Below are positions 39,729-53,600 of a DNA stretch of 64,000 nt, piece by piece (the first letter of the stretch is position 1; each line of letters begins with the position of its first letter). Position numbers and translations under genes: made by a program. The DNA comes from Raillietiella orientalis (lineage: Eukaryota). The notes under the pieces are model-generated. The model was not told the origin of the DNA. It worked only from the letters and a program-made list of their open reading frames with translations, and made no database searches. The stretch covers positions 682,001 through 746,000 of the forward strand of contig JAYWIR010000052.1 of the NCBI GenBank assembly GCA_036172245.1, read 5' to 3'.

Positions 39729-40403
39729 CTATAAATCTTCCGCATCCATCATTTTGTGGGCATCTTGTAACTTCTTGTTTTCTTCTTGTAGAAGCAAGAG
39801 CTTACTTTGTAGATCTAAAATGATGGAATTGGGGTTAAGATTTTTGAACTGCTTCTCAAGATCTTTGAGGCGATTTTCTAGAATCAGAATTTGTTCAATT
39901 AATGTCTGTCGAGGTAATTTTGCAAGTTCATCAACTTGGGCTGTTCTATACATGGCTTCAAAATCCAATTTGGAATATTGCTGCCAATATAATTCATCAT
40001 CTGGTGAAACTACATTTAATCTGTCTTTATCTTTGTCATGCCAAGATGAAGAGAATGAACTCTTCTCGAAACTCTTGAAAAAGGAGGAATCTTCATGACT
40101 ATCAATAATAAACTGAGTAAAATTTTCAGGTGCTTTGGGAACTTCGAAAGGTCTTATAACAATTTTTTTGCCTTTAGCACATTTTTTTCTTAATGATAAA
40201 TTTTTCAATATTACCCCATCGAAATAGTCACCTGATTGAACGGGGCATTGAGATTTTAAATCAAAACACTTACTATTCTTCTTACGTTTACCCCTTCTAT
40301 GCTTTTTACCTTTTTTCGATAAAATCTCACAGTCAGTGTTTTTATCCTGGAATCGTTTGTCACTAAATGGGGTTTCCAGAATTTCAGTCTCTTTATCGAT
40401 CAT
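39729..40403 (-). CDS. HEXIM: HEXIM-family protein (7SK-binding P-TEFb regulator-like), intronless, 224 aa
   Basis: First ATG at 40403 (the ORF track starts at an upstream TTG). Basic KKGKKHRRGKRKK motif, PKAPENFTQFIIDSHED (counterpart of APYNTTQFLM), DFEAMY..AQVDELAKLPRQTLIEQILILE and a C-terminal coiled coil. Confidence 0.8.
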   Translation of the reverse strand: MIDKETEILETPFSDKRFQDKNTDCEILSKKGKKHRRGKRKKNSKCFDLKSQCPVQSGDYFDGVILKNLSLRKKCAKGKKIVIRPFEVPKAPENFTQFIIDSHEDSSFFKSFEKSSFSSSWHDKDKDRLNVVSPDDELYWQQYSKLDFEAMYRTAQVDELAKLPRQTLIEQILILENRLKDLEKQFKNLNPNSIILDLQSKLLLLQEENKKLQDAHKMMDAEDL

Positions 40404-41829
40404 AATCACACACAACCAGCCACAAAACACCAACAATCAAAATGAACACACTCGCAGGATTTCAACGTCTAAACATTTTTCGTTTATTACGTCAGAAACA
40501 GTGTTTCAACTCGTGTATAATTTGAAACGAATTGATCCCTTGTGAATTCTTCAAAGTTTGTATTGACAACTTTAACGAAATTCAAACTTATGTAGAATTC
40601 ATACATTCCTGCGTATGCATGCGCTCTTTAACGCACAAAAAGGCAAGTACAGGCAGTAAACAGATACAGATAAATACAAAGATATAAATAAATGCAGTAG
40701 ACATATTCATACATATACATTATTGTATATGCTTTGGGTGTACCTAAATGCATTTACAATTTCATACGGCCAATTGTTCAGCGAGGAATTCAGCAAAATG
40801 CAACACTAGTTCCGAAAATTATCCATATTCCTTCATAAACACGTGTGGCAATGCTTAATAGGATTGAATGTGTTGCTTTGCAGCATGAAAGTCTTCATTG
40901 GAGGATGCATTTTTGGGATTTTTTATTACCAAGTTTTGAATAAATTATATTTTCTCCCTCTCCGAAGACCAGTTTTGCAGAATCATTTGATCAATTGAGG
41001 CATTGGGACATGAATCAATTGGCAAATCAGAAAATCGGTAAACGAAAAGCAGCTTACGTATTCAATTTTATTAGGCCAGCATACTTCGTAATTTACTCAG
41101 GATTAGGTTATCTAATAATTAATCGGCTTTACGTATAGGATAAAAGTTCCTAAGAGCTTACTGCTTCTGATTCAAGGAACCGTTTTTAGCCAAGCGATAT
41201 TCCAGATAGCCAAAACGTTCATAAACATTCATAAAAACACAAGTTCACCACGTGAAAGAGGGAGGATTTTTGAATACTTTCTTGAATTCTTAATTGAGCT
41301 TAAGGTTTTGGAAATTACATCAACCAATTGCCAGTTTTTTGCTCCTTACGCTAATCATTAAAAAAAAAGTAGTTAGAAGATTATGTTTTTAATAGGTTCT
41401 TTTCATTTGTTTTATTGTAGAAAGGTTTTAGCATATTTGATAGATTCAAAGGATATTACAATTTTTTGTTTCATGTCAGAAAATTCAAATGCATGGGTCC
41501 TAATTTTTGGAAGTCTTTTTTTTTGTGTGTGTGTGTGTGGGAATGTAGCTAATGGTGTTAATGTTCTACAAAACTACAATCGTTTTTCTAAGAATAATGA
41601 AACTCGTCGTACAGAGAAGTATTCTTACTCTCGTATGGCAATCATGTGCAAAAAGATTGATACTGCCACTCCATCCTGAATTTTTCACTCTGAAGACCCG
41701 GATGGAAACCAGTAAGCCGGGAGTGAAAGAGAAAATGAAAGACACAAAATCAAAGACAATTTCATGGACGGGCATGAAGCGAATCGAACAAAGCAGAATG
41801 AAAGAAAGGGCAAAGTGATAAAGGTTTCC

Positions 41830-41959
41830 TCATTTCTCATTAATAATGTTTTTTATTCTCTAAATTTTCTCCTCCTTCGGTTCGGGCGGAGTGTCAGTAC
41901 ACTAAATAAAGTCCATAATCTATTTATACCAGTGAGTTACGTAGCACTGAAAACTACAA
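41830..41959 (-). pseudogene. Dispersed decayed copy of the PSMD2 first coding exon with its 5' UTR and splice acceptor
   Basis: 41891-41959 matches 59010-59078 at 60/69 nt without gaps. Similarity continues into the coding part (CCG CCC GAA CCG AAG GAG versus ATG CCG GAA CCA AAG GAG); ATG lost and frame broken. Confidence 0.8.
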
Positions 41960-41969
41960 CGTAGATAAG

Positions 41970-42660
41970 AACAACGTGGTTCCTGTGCTTCTCCAAGTTG
42001 TGGCTAACTGGTTAAGATACGACTTTACCTCATTCCCCAGTATTAATCCACACGCAGTACACAGATCCTCTAGGAGGAGGGCTAGAATGCACGACAATCC
42101 TGATCCGAATCGGGCAAGGGCCGCCCTATTGGAGTGGATCGACTTGCCTTCGGAAGAGAGCTCAGTCGAAAACACGCAACGCGTCCCCGAGCCCGACACC
42201 GCGACCTCTAGGTCGGTCGTCGAGCTGTAATGAGGCAGCTGACTGACAAAACCCTGAGGACAAGGTTAGGCAGATACAGACTGATCTCAGAAAAGGAACC
42301 TTTCTCGATGAGGTTATCGGTGTCAATATTGATCTAGACCCAGTTCGAACTTCCAACAGTGGATATGGAGATGCTCCTGATCTGCTGTATCCATACTTGT
42401 ATGTCTCGCTCGATCCCCGAAGGGAGTCAGTTCCCTCTCCGGAGGGATTCTCAGGAAGGGATTCACTCATCGCTTCCTCCTCTGGAGGGAACCGCGGAGA
42501 GGCGTTTCCAAATTTCTCTGAAGAGCGCTCCCATTTTCACAACCGAAGGGGAATCCCACGGCTCTTTGACTCCTGCTAGGACCACAGAAAGCCGACTCCA
42601 ATCCCTGCCAGTCAACGGGGACGCCGGTGCCGCACCCGAATAGGCCCAACCAGCTTCGGT
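41970..42660 (+). mobile_element. Second copy of the BEL/Pao-like gag remnant
   Basis: 42435-42630 aligns unit by unit with 21307-21600 (e.g. cctctggagggaaccgcggagaggcgtttccaaatttctctgaag versus cctctgaagagaaccccggagagacgctcccgaaatttctctgaag), with an ~100-nt deletion; ends in IPA/VNGD. Left boundary is a guess from composition. Confidence 0.55.
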
Positions 42661-45600
42661 CCTAAGTCGGTCCTGTGGATAATTTTGCTGTTTTTACAGA
42701 ACCAGCTCATGATAGTATTAGGGAACTGGAATGCATGCATTCCCGATCCAAAGTTGGGAACAAAGATACTCTTAAGGCATGGAATTCTGAAGATCCTTTA
42801 TGTGATTCCCTTCTGCGCAATGTTTGAATTGCCATTCATTGAAATAATTCCGTAATTAAAAATTAAGATGAGAAATGTCGAAGCTTAATCTGATGCCAAT
42901 TTTTGATTCAGGGCTGTAGAGTTAAAAAGCATACATATCTAAATACATGTATTAAGAAGGAACTTATCTTAGTCAATGTTTCGGATAGGAAGAGGCTGAG
43001 AAGGATCAAATGTATTATAGGAGAGCTACTGAAGATTGAAGGTTCTCTTTGTTTTGCGATTCCAGGCTTTCGGAACCCGTAAAAGTTTTCTAATATAAGT
43101 TTATATGAGTTCTTCGGTATCTCCTCCAAAGACCTCTAATCAGTCACTATAATAATCAAAATACCTGATTTCCGAGGGCAGGTTTACTTTTAAAGGGTTC
43201 CTGGAAAGTCTCACTTCAACAGGTTAATTATCTTCCATCAGTGGTGATGAGAGATCGTTTTGTATTTTCCCTTTACGACATAAACATTCATATAATATAT
43301 ATATATATACATATATATGAATGAACCGGTTCCGCTGAAGGCACAATAGCAGCTAAAAAAAAAAAAAAAGTCTAAATGAAAATGGAGCAAGAAAGTGCTG
43401 TCATATCTTTGCACAGAAAGTTCCAAGTTGACTGTCGATGGAAAGTCAAATGATGTGCATTTTCCTGGAAGTCGAATTGAATCTCAGCACTGCATATAAA
43501 TAAGTGAAAGGGTTTTTTTTTTCCTCCAAAGTCTTTGCCGAACTTTACAAGTTCGACAATTAGTCTAAACGTGGACGCACTGTGCATTCAAATGCTGAAA
43601 GAAAAGCAACCCTGCTAAAATGTGTGTTGTGTTCCTTGCACCAAAATGGCGTAAAACTAGAAAAATAGATCACGCGAATATTCTATCAGAAGTTACGATG
43701 AGTAACGCTATTTGCTGATAGACTCGGTGGAAGCAGAATAAATTTTCCAAAGTCGTTTCGAATTGAGGTTTACAATCACACGGACCTCTCGATTAAGAAA
43801 AAGTGCACAATTCAGATAAACAAATGCGTTCTTTCTGTTTTGTTGGAATGCTTAAAATGTTTCTGCAATGTGCTGAGTCCTTTTAACGATATGAAGACTG
43901 TGTCTTGTCGTTTTCGCACCACTTCATGCAGTGTTTTTCAGCAATTCGTGCATGGTTCCGAGTTTCCACCTGACAGCAACGAAAAATGACATTTCCAAAA
44001 TACAATTCTTCTCTTCAACATTTCACAAATCACAAAAACAAGGAATCGGCATGGCTGCATTTCCAAAGACACGTCCTCCCTACTCTTCTCGTTCTTTGCT
44101 TTATCCAGAAGCAGATTCAGCAGTAACTGGGACTGTAGTATAATTTCATTTACCATCGTAGTCCATTTCAAATGCAAGAACGGTAACTGCAAACAGGAAT
44201 CCCTGTTTCAAAACCAAAATGCCATAATTAGTGAATGAATGGATGAAGGCATAAATACTTCGGGTGATGGATTACGTGCGTTCGCTATCTGAAGTTTGGT
44301 TATCAGAGTTGGAAATACCTTCAGAAGAATGCATGGATGAAGAACACATGGAATACTACAAAAAACGTTCTGCTCAACACGATTCCGTGAGCTCCATATT
44401 CAGAAATTTTCACGTTTTCATTATTTATTTATTTTTTACAGGACATTGCAAACTCATATGAAAGCCAAAAAAGAGTATTCAAGGGTTCTACGTAGAACGC
44501 TACGGTCCACTCATCCCCGAGAGCTTCAAGAGTACACTCCGGTCGACTGTCGTAATCCCTTTTTCTTTTTTAATGAGTAGCATTTCTCTGTGGTAAACAA
44601 AAGCCTTTAAGACAGTCATCTTTTCGGTACACAATTCATCCAAAGTCGGAGCATTTTTTGATAGAACGTTGGTTCCATGACCAATTCCTCAGATAAGAAA
44701 AGAAACTTGTTTCCAGCAACGTCTCTGGGAGAGGTCGCTCGCCATGTTCTGCACAGACAAAGATGCTCCCTTGTGCTACTCGCTTCTCCGCCAACTGCTG
44801 AAGTTTGTCCGTGGACAGCCCTTCACAACACCCAATAATAAGTCCCGAATGCCCTCCGTCTCGGGAAGCAACTGTACCATCTGAACGCGCTGCTGACCGG
44901 AGGTATCCCAAGCTGTGTTATCTCCTTTTACTGAATCGGGATCACAGTGTTCTCCAAAGACCATGAAGTCAGCCAACTGTCAGTTATTCTGAAGCATCTT
45001 TGCTATAACTGAAAGTTTTCATTTCTTAGAATGCTTCACCAATTTTCTTGGCAGTTGTTGGAGAGCATTAGTTTTCATTAAGTGGTTAAAAGTGGATCTT
45101 TGGAAGTCTCCTTAAAAGTACGGCTAAGCACGTTGGTAAAGTTCCTTGGGTTCTAAATTATTTTGTTCCCAATAAAGCCGTATAGCAAGACAAGAACAGT
45201 TGATAGAGCGGTCACTTAACAGACCCATTTCCCAAGGCCTACAGCATTCTGCGTCTTGTTTACAGTGGTAGTAGGTTATTTTTTGGTAGACGGTGCCCTT
45301 AGGGACGCTTAGCCTATCGACTAGAAAAGTGCGCTTCTCCAGGTTCCCTGTGGTACAAAGGCGCTCCCTGATTCCCTTCAGTTTTACAGCGGAATGTAGG
45401 AGAGCATGCTAAAGGCGTGTTTATTATTCGTGATTATTAGTGGTCAAGGCAATTCATCTTCTACAAATGATACATCGTGCTACTCTTGGTGGCTCCGAAC
45501 GAGGAACTAAGTGAGCTCTCAGATGACTGCTTCCTTGACCAGAAAGCTTGCTGGGACGCATGAACGAAAGCCATGCCAGTCATGAAAATGACCAACGCAC

Positions 45601-47172
45601 TGAGGTCTTGATCTCCTGCTTGAGTCGAGCTTTCCTTTCATCTACTGTTTCATTCTGTTTTAACGTCACTGTGCCAAAACCACTGTCCCAACATAAAGCG
45701 TCCTTCCAGAGCAACCGAGCCACTCTGTGCTTTAAAAATCGTATTGCAGGTTCCGTTTTTTCTTGGGAGGCAGAAGCATAAAGTAAGGGATGGGGAGTGG
45801 GAGCCAGAAGGCGGCACAAGGGCACGACCGTGGATTCTTGCGACCTGTCGCTGAAATCCGCTGTTGCCAACTGCCACCGTTCGCTCACGTGAATATTTGG
45901 AAAAAGAAGGGCACTTCAGTGATTCATAAGTGTGGTTCAGCAGCCCGTATTATCACACTCGGTGGTGGATCGGGCTCCTGGACAATGAAGGCTACAGGCC
46001 TAGTAGACTCATATCGGGAGGTTTCTCGACAAAGGTTGGCCCTCATTTCTGCAATGACACTGTCTGCGGTACGAGCAGGCACGGCAGAAACGGAGACTTC
46101 TTTAGGTACGTTAGCACAGGAAATGTCCCATTCAGGAGAATACTCCTCCTTTGATATGTGTGGTGAAATGCAGAGCGTAGAGCGAGGATAAACATTGGTC
46201 ATAAAGGAACCTAGAGGAACCCAGCCTACTCAAAAGTACTATCAGCATCGGAATCATTAAATGCTGCTTTGGGCCGACCTCACAGAGCTCCTATGTGGTG
46301 ACTTCCAGGCCCAGTCATAATCTCTACGTAGGATCCACCCAGGAATGTCATGTTCTCTATTGACGGGCAATTTCCAGCCTGGGACGAACTAGCAGACCTT
46401 TGAAGACATACCACAGCGTGCCGGCTGGAGGAAGAAATCGTGACCTGCACACTTGCACCCTGCACTCTCGGATTGGTCCTTATTGACTCCTACATGATGA
46501 TTAGTAAGCAACCATGATACCGTAACTCTGGCATCTGTAGATAAATACTATTAAGGGATCCACGTAAGAAAACACATCGGTGTGTCACGCACTAGATTCT
46601 GCTCCCCCGAATCATCGTCTTGACGACTTTTGGGCAGGGATTCTTTAAACGACAAGAAGGCCTTTCTAAACATGGAGCAGCTACCCACCGCCAGAAAACT
46701 TTTGGAACGTGGCGTGTGATGTTGGCAGCGTGTGTTAGGCGAACAGCTGCGCACGCGCGTCAGCTGCTGGGAAAGTGCGTCCAGCGAACGCGAGGGGCGC
46801 GAGCGAGGAGAGGTTTCCGTCTCGGTCAGAAGCAGCAGCCCGGAGGTGCTGACCGTGTCCCGCGGTCGAATGTGAATGTTGTGTTCGATGTGTCAAGGAA
46901 GCTGCTGCTGCTGTGGTCACCCGGTCCCTCAATGTAAACCGTACCCCTGCCCAGGCCCTCGCAAAGAGTCGGGAAGTCCATTTGTTGGGTACAAACCTCA
47001 TGCATAACCGTGCTTAGGAACTGTGATTTCTTATCGCTATTCGAGGATCTTTTATGTCGGAAGATGTGGAAGACTCGAAGACTCGTGTTTTCCGGTAGTG
47101 TTCGTTTTTACCTTTCTTTTTCTTTTTTTTGTGTGTGTGCTGCCGTACTGCGTGAACACATGATCGGCAAGT

Positions 47173-47218
47173 ACTGCTAAACCGTGGATCACCCCGTGGA
47201 TCACTGCTAAACCGTGGA
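47173..47218. repeat. Short direct repeat upstream of NDUFV1
   Basis: actgctaaaccgtgga at 47173-47188 and 47203-47218, with a third ccgtgga between them. Confidence 0.85.
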
Positions 47219-47614
47219 CTCGCACGTGAATGTGTGTCTTTATGATAGTAAGAAAATAAAATAAAATAAAATGTTTATCATCGGACATATGTATCTGTTT
47301 TTTTTGAGCGCACCTCCATGGAGTTTTCGCTTCTGAATTGTGATATTTGAGAGGATACTGGAAATACGAAAGTACTCGCATCCCTTTGGTGAAAATTGTT
47401 TCATTCTAGTTTTCAGCATGAATTTGTGTTTCCGAGTAAATTGATTTCATTCTTATACAGCTATTTTTAACTTGGATCGCATACAACATTCGACCATAGA
47501 GCTCTTTTTAGTTGATTTTCGTGGGTGTATGGTTCGTGTCCTTGGTGATTAATAATGCCATGATCATTTTACTTCATTTTCCGCGTTCCTGTTATCTCTT
47601 ATTACTGAAAAAAA

Positions 47615-50600
47615 ATGCAGCCTTCTTCCTGGGGATTGAATAGTTTGTTTCCAAGTAGGTCCTTTGTGTGGCTGATAAATATTTTCGGGAAGTGCAAGAA
47701 TTGCATGAAAGTACATTTCATAGTAATGCAATAAATAATTGTTTTTCAGGGTATCCTGGGGACATTTGGAAAAAACTCTTTGTGCAACCCTTTGAAGCCT
47801 ATACAACTCAGTCAGTGAAGGTTAGATTATCCATTGGGATGCTTTGTTAGAATTTAGTCTTCACTGGTACTATAATTCCAGGTTTTGTGCATTAAGTTTT
47901 TATGTGTTCGTTGATTTCATGATTTAAGGAAGTATTTTTGATGTGTAAAGAAGCAGTTCATATTCTAGGGTGTTCTGAAGGAAATTATTTTATTTTGGCA
48001 TTGCCTTTCAACTTTTTCATTGCAATGCTTTCATTTTTTTTCCACTGTCAAATAGTTAATCAAGAAAACATTTCAATTTTTGAAATCGAATTGCGAAAAA
48101 GCACATTTTCAAAAAGGTTTTCTTGATGATATCAGTCATATTTGTTCTTGTTATCATTTCCAATTTCTTAAACTTAATGGTAATATGTTTATTGCTAAAT
48201 TTCTATTTATTTATTTTTTAACTTGCAGTATGTATCAAATGTAGAATTGTCAGGTATGCTTTCCAAATGTTGATCCTTTTTTTTTTTTTGAGAAGCACAT
48301 TGCTTGTTCTGCTGAAAAAAGTATTTCATTCAGAAGTGCTGTGCTGTTTTATAAATTTCCTTTAGAAGTTGAATCTAATTTCAGTTGGTTTTCCTCTATT
48401 AATGTGTGTCTTGTGGAGTTTCATAGTTCACAGGAATATACATGGTGTTGAAGAGCACTGTTTTATAAAGAATATTTTTGATGAATGCATTTAATTTTGG
48501 TTCCTGTGTAGCAATTTCAGTTGGCTTTGATGTATGTTCATTGAGTCAACCATAATTTATAAACCAGATCGGCTTTGATGAGCCATGACAGCATGCGCGA
48601 ACTCTGAAAATCATGAGCTTGCACAACAGAAACAATTGCATTTCTGAACAGTATCTTGAAGCAAGCATAATGGTAGTTATGGGAATTTTGTTAAAACTTT
48701 GCTGTACTTTAAAACTGTGATAATCTTGTATCAAAAGTGTTTATTAAAGATATGCAAAAACAATTGTGCGGTTGCATGTATTGAGTGGAATATTTACAAT
48801 TGTTCATGACATACATACTCACAATAGTGTTCTATTGAGTTTAGGTGGGTTTCTGAACATTCAGTGTCTTTACATTCTTAGAAATAATTAACCAAAATTA
48901 ACTTCATGGGATGCTGTTTTGGAAGAAGCATGGATATTCATTGAATTCTTGTACAAGTTTCAAGTGACTGGGAGTGAACACATTAATATTAGCACAAAAA
49001 GTGACTGTAGTTAAATATCTTATTTAATATGTATAAATATCTTGTTTTTCACAGCTAAGTATTCCTTTCCTGCTGATAATACAATCAGTTGTATGTATTG
49101 CTGAATACTCATGTGGTTTTAGTTCAGAGTAATATTCTCTTGAATTACTATTATAGTTTATTTAGAATTTGAGATTTTTGACTCCAAGGACTTAATAATG
49201 CTGTTTTGGTAAATATGTTGTTTCATCACAGGATTTTGTTTAGTTTTCGTTTTTCTTAAACTGTTTAATTGGTGATGAAATAGCATTCTTGTATTACAAG
49301 TTGTATGAATATTCTGAGTAACTGAAACATTTGAACACAAAATAAAAGGTACTTTTGGACATACTAAGTCACTTCTGAGCATTACTAACATAATTGGTTT
49401 GGATGGTTGTGATCTAAAAAAATTAAAATCTAACCTTGGAAACTAACAGAGTCTTCCTGTTTTAAAGAGATTTGATATTTGTTTAAATTTGACATTAATA
49501 TTTTGTTAGAAGTGTTCATGAATTTGTTTTGCAGTATCATTAACCATTTTGTAGGATTAATATCATTATTTTGTTCATTTGTTGCTTACATCATATTTAC
49601 TTTAATGTTGTAGATTTGTTTCGTAGGCTGCTGTTATTTATATGTTCTCTCACTTTTGAAACTCAATTTTTGGAGTTCCTTTTAATCAAGCATTGAATTT
49701 CCGTGGTGCTGATTTTTCTGTGTTACAGTCTACTTATGGTCCTTTACAAGATGAAGATAGAATATTCACAAACATATATGGAAAACATGATTGGAGGTTA
49801 AAAGGGGCTCTCAAAAGAGGTGATTGGTATAAGACAAAAGAAATCGTTCTCAAGGGGCCAGAGTGGATAATCAGTATGTGTCATTAAGTAGGCGTATTAT
49901 TTTCTAAATAATAATTTGAAACTCAATTGTTATTTGTGTTATAATTTTAGAAGAAGTAAAAGAATCAGGACTACGGGGCAGGGGTGGTGCAGGATTTCCT
50001 TCTGGATTAAAATGGAGTTTTATGAACAAACCTTCAGATGGGAGGTAATTAATGTTTATGTTAATCCATGTTTAGTAAGTAGGAAATGCATGTTTTATTT
50101 ATTGATCAAATTAAGTTATAATGTGATTTACATTTTCTGACTCAGTTTGAATGTTTTTATGTACCTTTTGACATTACTACCTTTAAAAATACACATGCAT
50201 ACACACAAAATGTTCAGTGCTAAGTTAAAGCTGCTGGAGGACATTATCAAGCATCTTGCTCTCTTGTATGTTTATGATAACAGCATCATATGTGAAAAGA
50301 AAACAAATTGCAGGAAGGTAATTTGATGTAAACAGGCAACTGATTTTAGTAAGTCAATGAAAGTAAATTTTATGATTTTTTTTTTAGTTATAGAATCATA
50401 ATCCTTAGAGTTCTGGTTTTTCAGTTGATGTTTAAGATTTAATCGTAAACTCATTAAATAGTTTATAACACTTGTAGCCAAACACAGTTCCTATAAAAAT
50501 TGTATCAGTTTTCATAAGAACTTTTTGTGGAACATAGTTTGAGCATGCAGTTAGCATTTTTCTCACTTACCTATAATGCCCATCTCCATAAGCACATAAA

Positions 50601-53600
50601 TGTTCTTTTTCTTCAATGCATGAGTCCAACAAAATTTTCTTGTGGGAGCAGTATGTTTTAATTTTCTTTAAATGCCAAATTGCAATGAAGCCACTTTCAG
50701 ATTAAAGTGGTTTAAATCGAATCATATCAAGCAGAATTACTCAAAAACAGTCCAGTGATTATATAAATTCCATGTTTTTGTGGTGTTTGTGGGTTTATTT
50801 GTTTTGAATATATAAACATCTATAAAAGTTGCTGTGTTCCTTTAGATGCAAGATCTTATGATGCAGTTTGTAATTTGGTCCGAATTTGCGTTTAAGATTT
50901 TAAAGTAACACACTGTGAAATAGTTGCCTTTATTCTTGTAGGACTGGAATTTCATTTTTAATTACCGAGGTAGCAGAAAATCAAATTTAATCGAAGAATA
51001 GCCGAGACCTCTCAAATGAGGATTATAATTAATGTAAAACGTTAACTTCGTTTCAAAGTTATAATCTGGAAAAAGGCAGCTTCGTTTTAAGCAATTGTGT
51101 GCTTTTTCATGAAGGTGTAGTTTTCAAGGGCTGGTCCTTTTATAGGTGCTTAGATGCTCAATGTGTAACACTTTCAACACAGTTGCAAAAATTGCAACTG
51201 GGAGCAGTTGTACAACAGATACAAGTGCACAGAAATTATGATGTACACATTAGCCTCTGAGATACATCCTCAACTGCTGTGAATTTCTTTCATCATACTT
51301 TATTGGACTTGGTAACAGGACCTGGTAGGGAGCTCTACAGATTCTCTGATTAGTCTGCTGCTTGGGAAAGCATTCATCCAAATGTGTTCCCACATTGCAG
51401 CAGTAGTGGAATTAGTGCCATATAGCAAGATGGAGGTTGTCGTACATTCTATCAGGAACAATTGCATCGGAAGTGGTATGTATGAGGTTAAGACAATATT
51501 CATTTGTCGTCAGGGAAAAATGTTTAAACCGTCTCTCGTGGATGGAAGATTACAACAATTACTCCATAACAGTCAGTATGTTCATGCATTTCACAAATGC
51601 TGGGAGTCAGCAGCAACCTAGTGCACACATTGATATCTGTGCTGCCATCCAATTTAAAGCTTGTTTCTTTTGGCAAAATGATCGTGCCAACAATGCATCT
51701 GCCTTTTTCTGATCTTGTATTTAAATCCATTCAGAGACTTCAGTCATTAATTTAGTGCCTGCACCAAATGAGTCATGCATAATTTGGGTATCCCTTAGGA
51801 AACAGTGAGCCTGGTGCATTGTTGCATAAGGAAATAGTTTATTTGGCGTCTATTGAAGTGTAGCCAACACACACGGACCTTTCACCCTCTCAGGGCGACA
51901 GCCACGTTCAAGCGGACTTGGATGGACAGTTGCCTTGTTTACTTCTTTTCCATTTTGTGCATTATGCTTGTTTTGCTCTGTGCTGTGTGCTTCCAGTTTC
52001 TCTTCATATAGGTGGTTAGCGATGGGTGTTGGCATGGATTAAACAATCCCATACCTCCATACACATTGCATTCCAACTACGTTCTGTTACTGTTAGTACA
52101 TATTTCTACGGATCAGAAGAACTTTTCTGCTGCCATTTTGTGTGCAAGTTGATGTCAGCTCCTATCTTTGCAGTAATAGTACTGGAATAGAATCTCAAAT
52201 GCAATAGCACTCAAGTTGACATAGCATTTCACAAAGAGGCAAATTATGCGAACGTTTTTCGAGGACATCCGTTTCATAAATGTAACTTAGCACAATCAAG
52301 TCATGATTATATAATATGAAAGCGCTCTATTAAGTATGTATCCTTAAAGCAGTCCAGTGCTTTTTCAAGTTTTTAACAGTTCATTTTTAGCAGCGCATGA
52401 AAATGATTCGATGACTGGTGGAGATTTTTCATCTGTGTGTTGAGTTATAGAACGTTTGGCAACTAAAATGTCGAAAATTTATATTGCTTGATGCAGAGAG
52501 ATTTCTGAACTGCTCTTTTCATTCACCTTGCATTGGAAAGTCTACCTATCAGTCATAACAATCAAGTTTTTGAAATATTACGTGAAACAATTTTTTTTTT
52601 TGACCAAAAAATGAATAGCAAACTACTTATACTATTGTTTTATTGTAGGCGAAATTATTAAATACCAAACTAATTCTTCAATGAATATGTTTAATTTCAT
52701 TAAATATATTTCAGTAAGTGTTTATTTTCAGACCCCAATATTTGGTTGTGAATGCAGATGAAGGTGAGCCAGGTACATGTAAAGATCGAGAAATAATGCG
52801 TCATGAGCCACATAAACTTATTGAAGGTTGTCTTATTGCTGGGAGAGCAATGAATGCCAGAGCAGGTAGAACTATATATTATTTCGTGTTCATATCTCTC
52901 CATTAGCATACATTTATATCAGAGGTGAATTTTATAATGAAGCTTGTAACATGCAAGTAGCTATCAACGAGGTAGGTCGTAAGGTAATTTGGTTGAATTT
53001 AACTGTTTTTGTTTGATTTCATTCAGGCTTATCAGGCAGGATTGATAGGGGCAGATGCTTGCAACTCTGGCTTCAATTTCGATGTTTTTATGCATCGAGG
53101 TGCAGGAGCTTATATTTGTGGAGAAGAAACTGCGCTTATTGAATCTTTAGAGGGAAAGCAGGGCAAACCTCGCTTAAAACCTCCTTTCCCAGCAGATATT
53201 GGTGTGTTTGGATGCCCTACAACGGTTACAAATGTGGAGACCGTAGCAGTATCTCCGGTTTGTTGAGTCTTGCACATAAAAGCAATTGGCCTTAGACTAT
53301 CTGCCGTAGAGGAGGTTCATGGTTTTCGTCATTTGGCCGACCTCGTAATTCTGGAACTAAGTTATTTAACATTTCTGGGTGTGTGAATTATCCTTGCACT
53401 GTAGAAGAAGAAATGTCTATTCCGTTAAAAGAACTCGTTGATAGACATGCTGGTGGAGTCATAGGAGGATGGGATAATCTTTTAGCAATAATTCCAGGAG
53501 GATCATCCGTACCACTACTGCCCAAAAGGTTTGTAATTAATATTAATATTCTGCACAGTCGTGCTGAGGTTTCCAAGTGTCGAACTAAAAGCCTTCAAAA

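Noticed and set aside
44630..47040. Mid-GC patches with short ORFs (e.g. LLLLTET, resembling an endonuclease motif)
   Set aside because: Single weak motifs only; probably old TE debris that I cannot classify.
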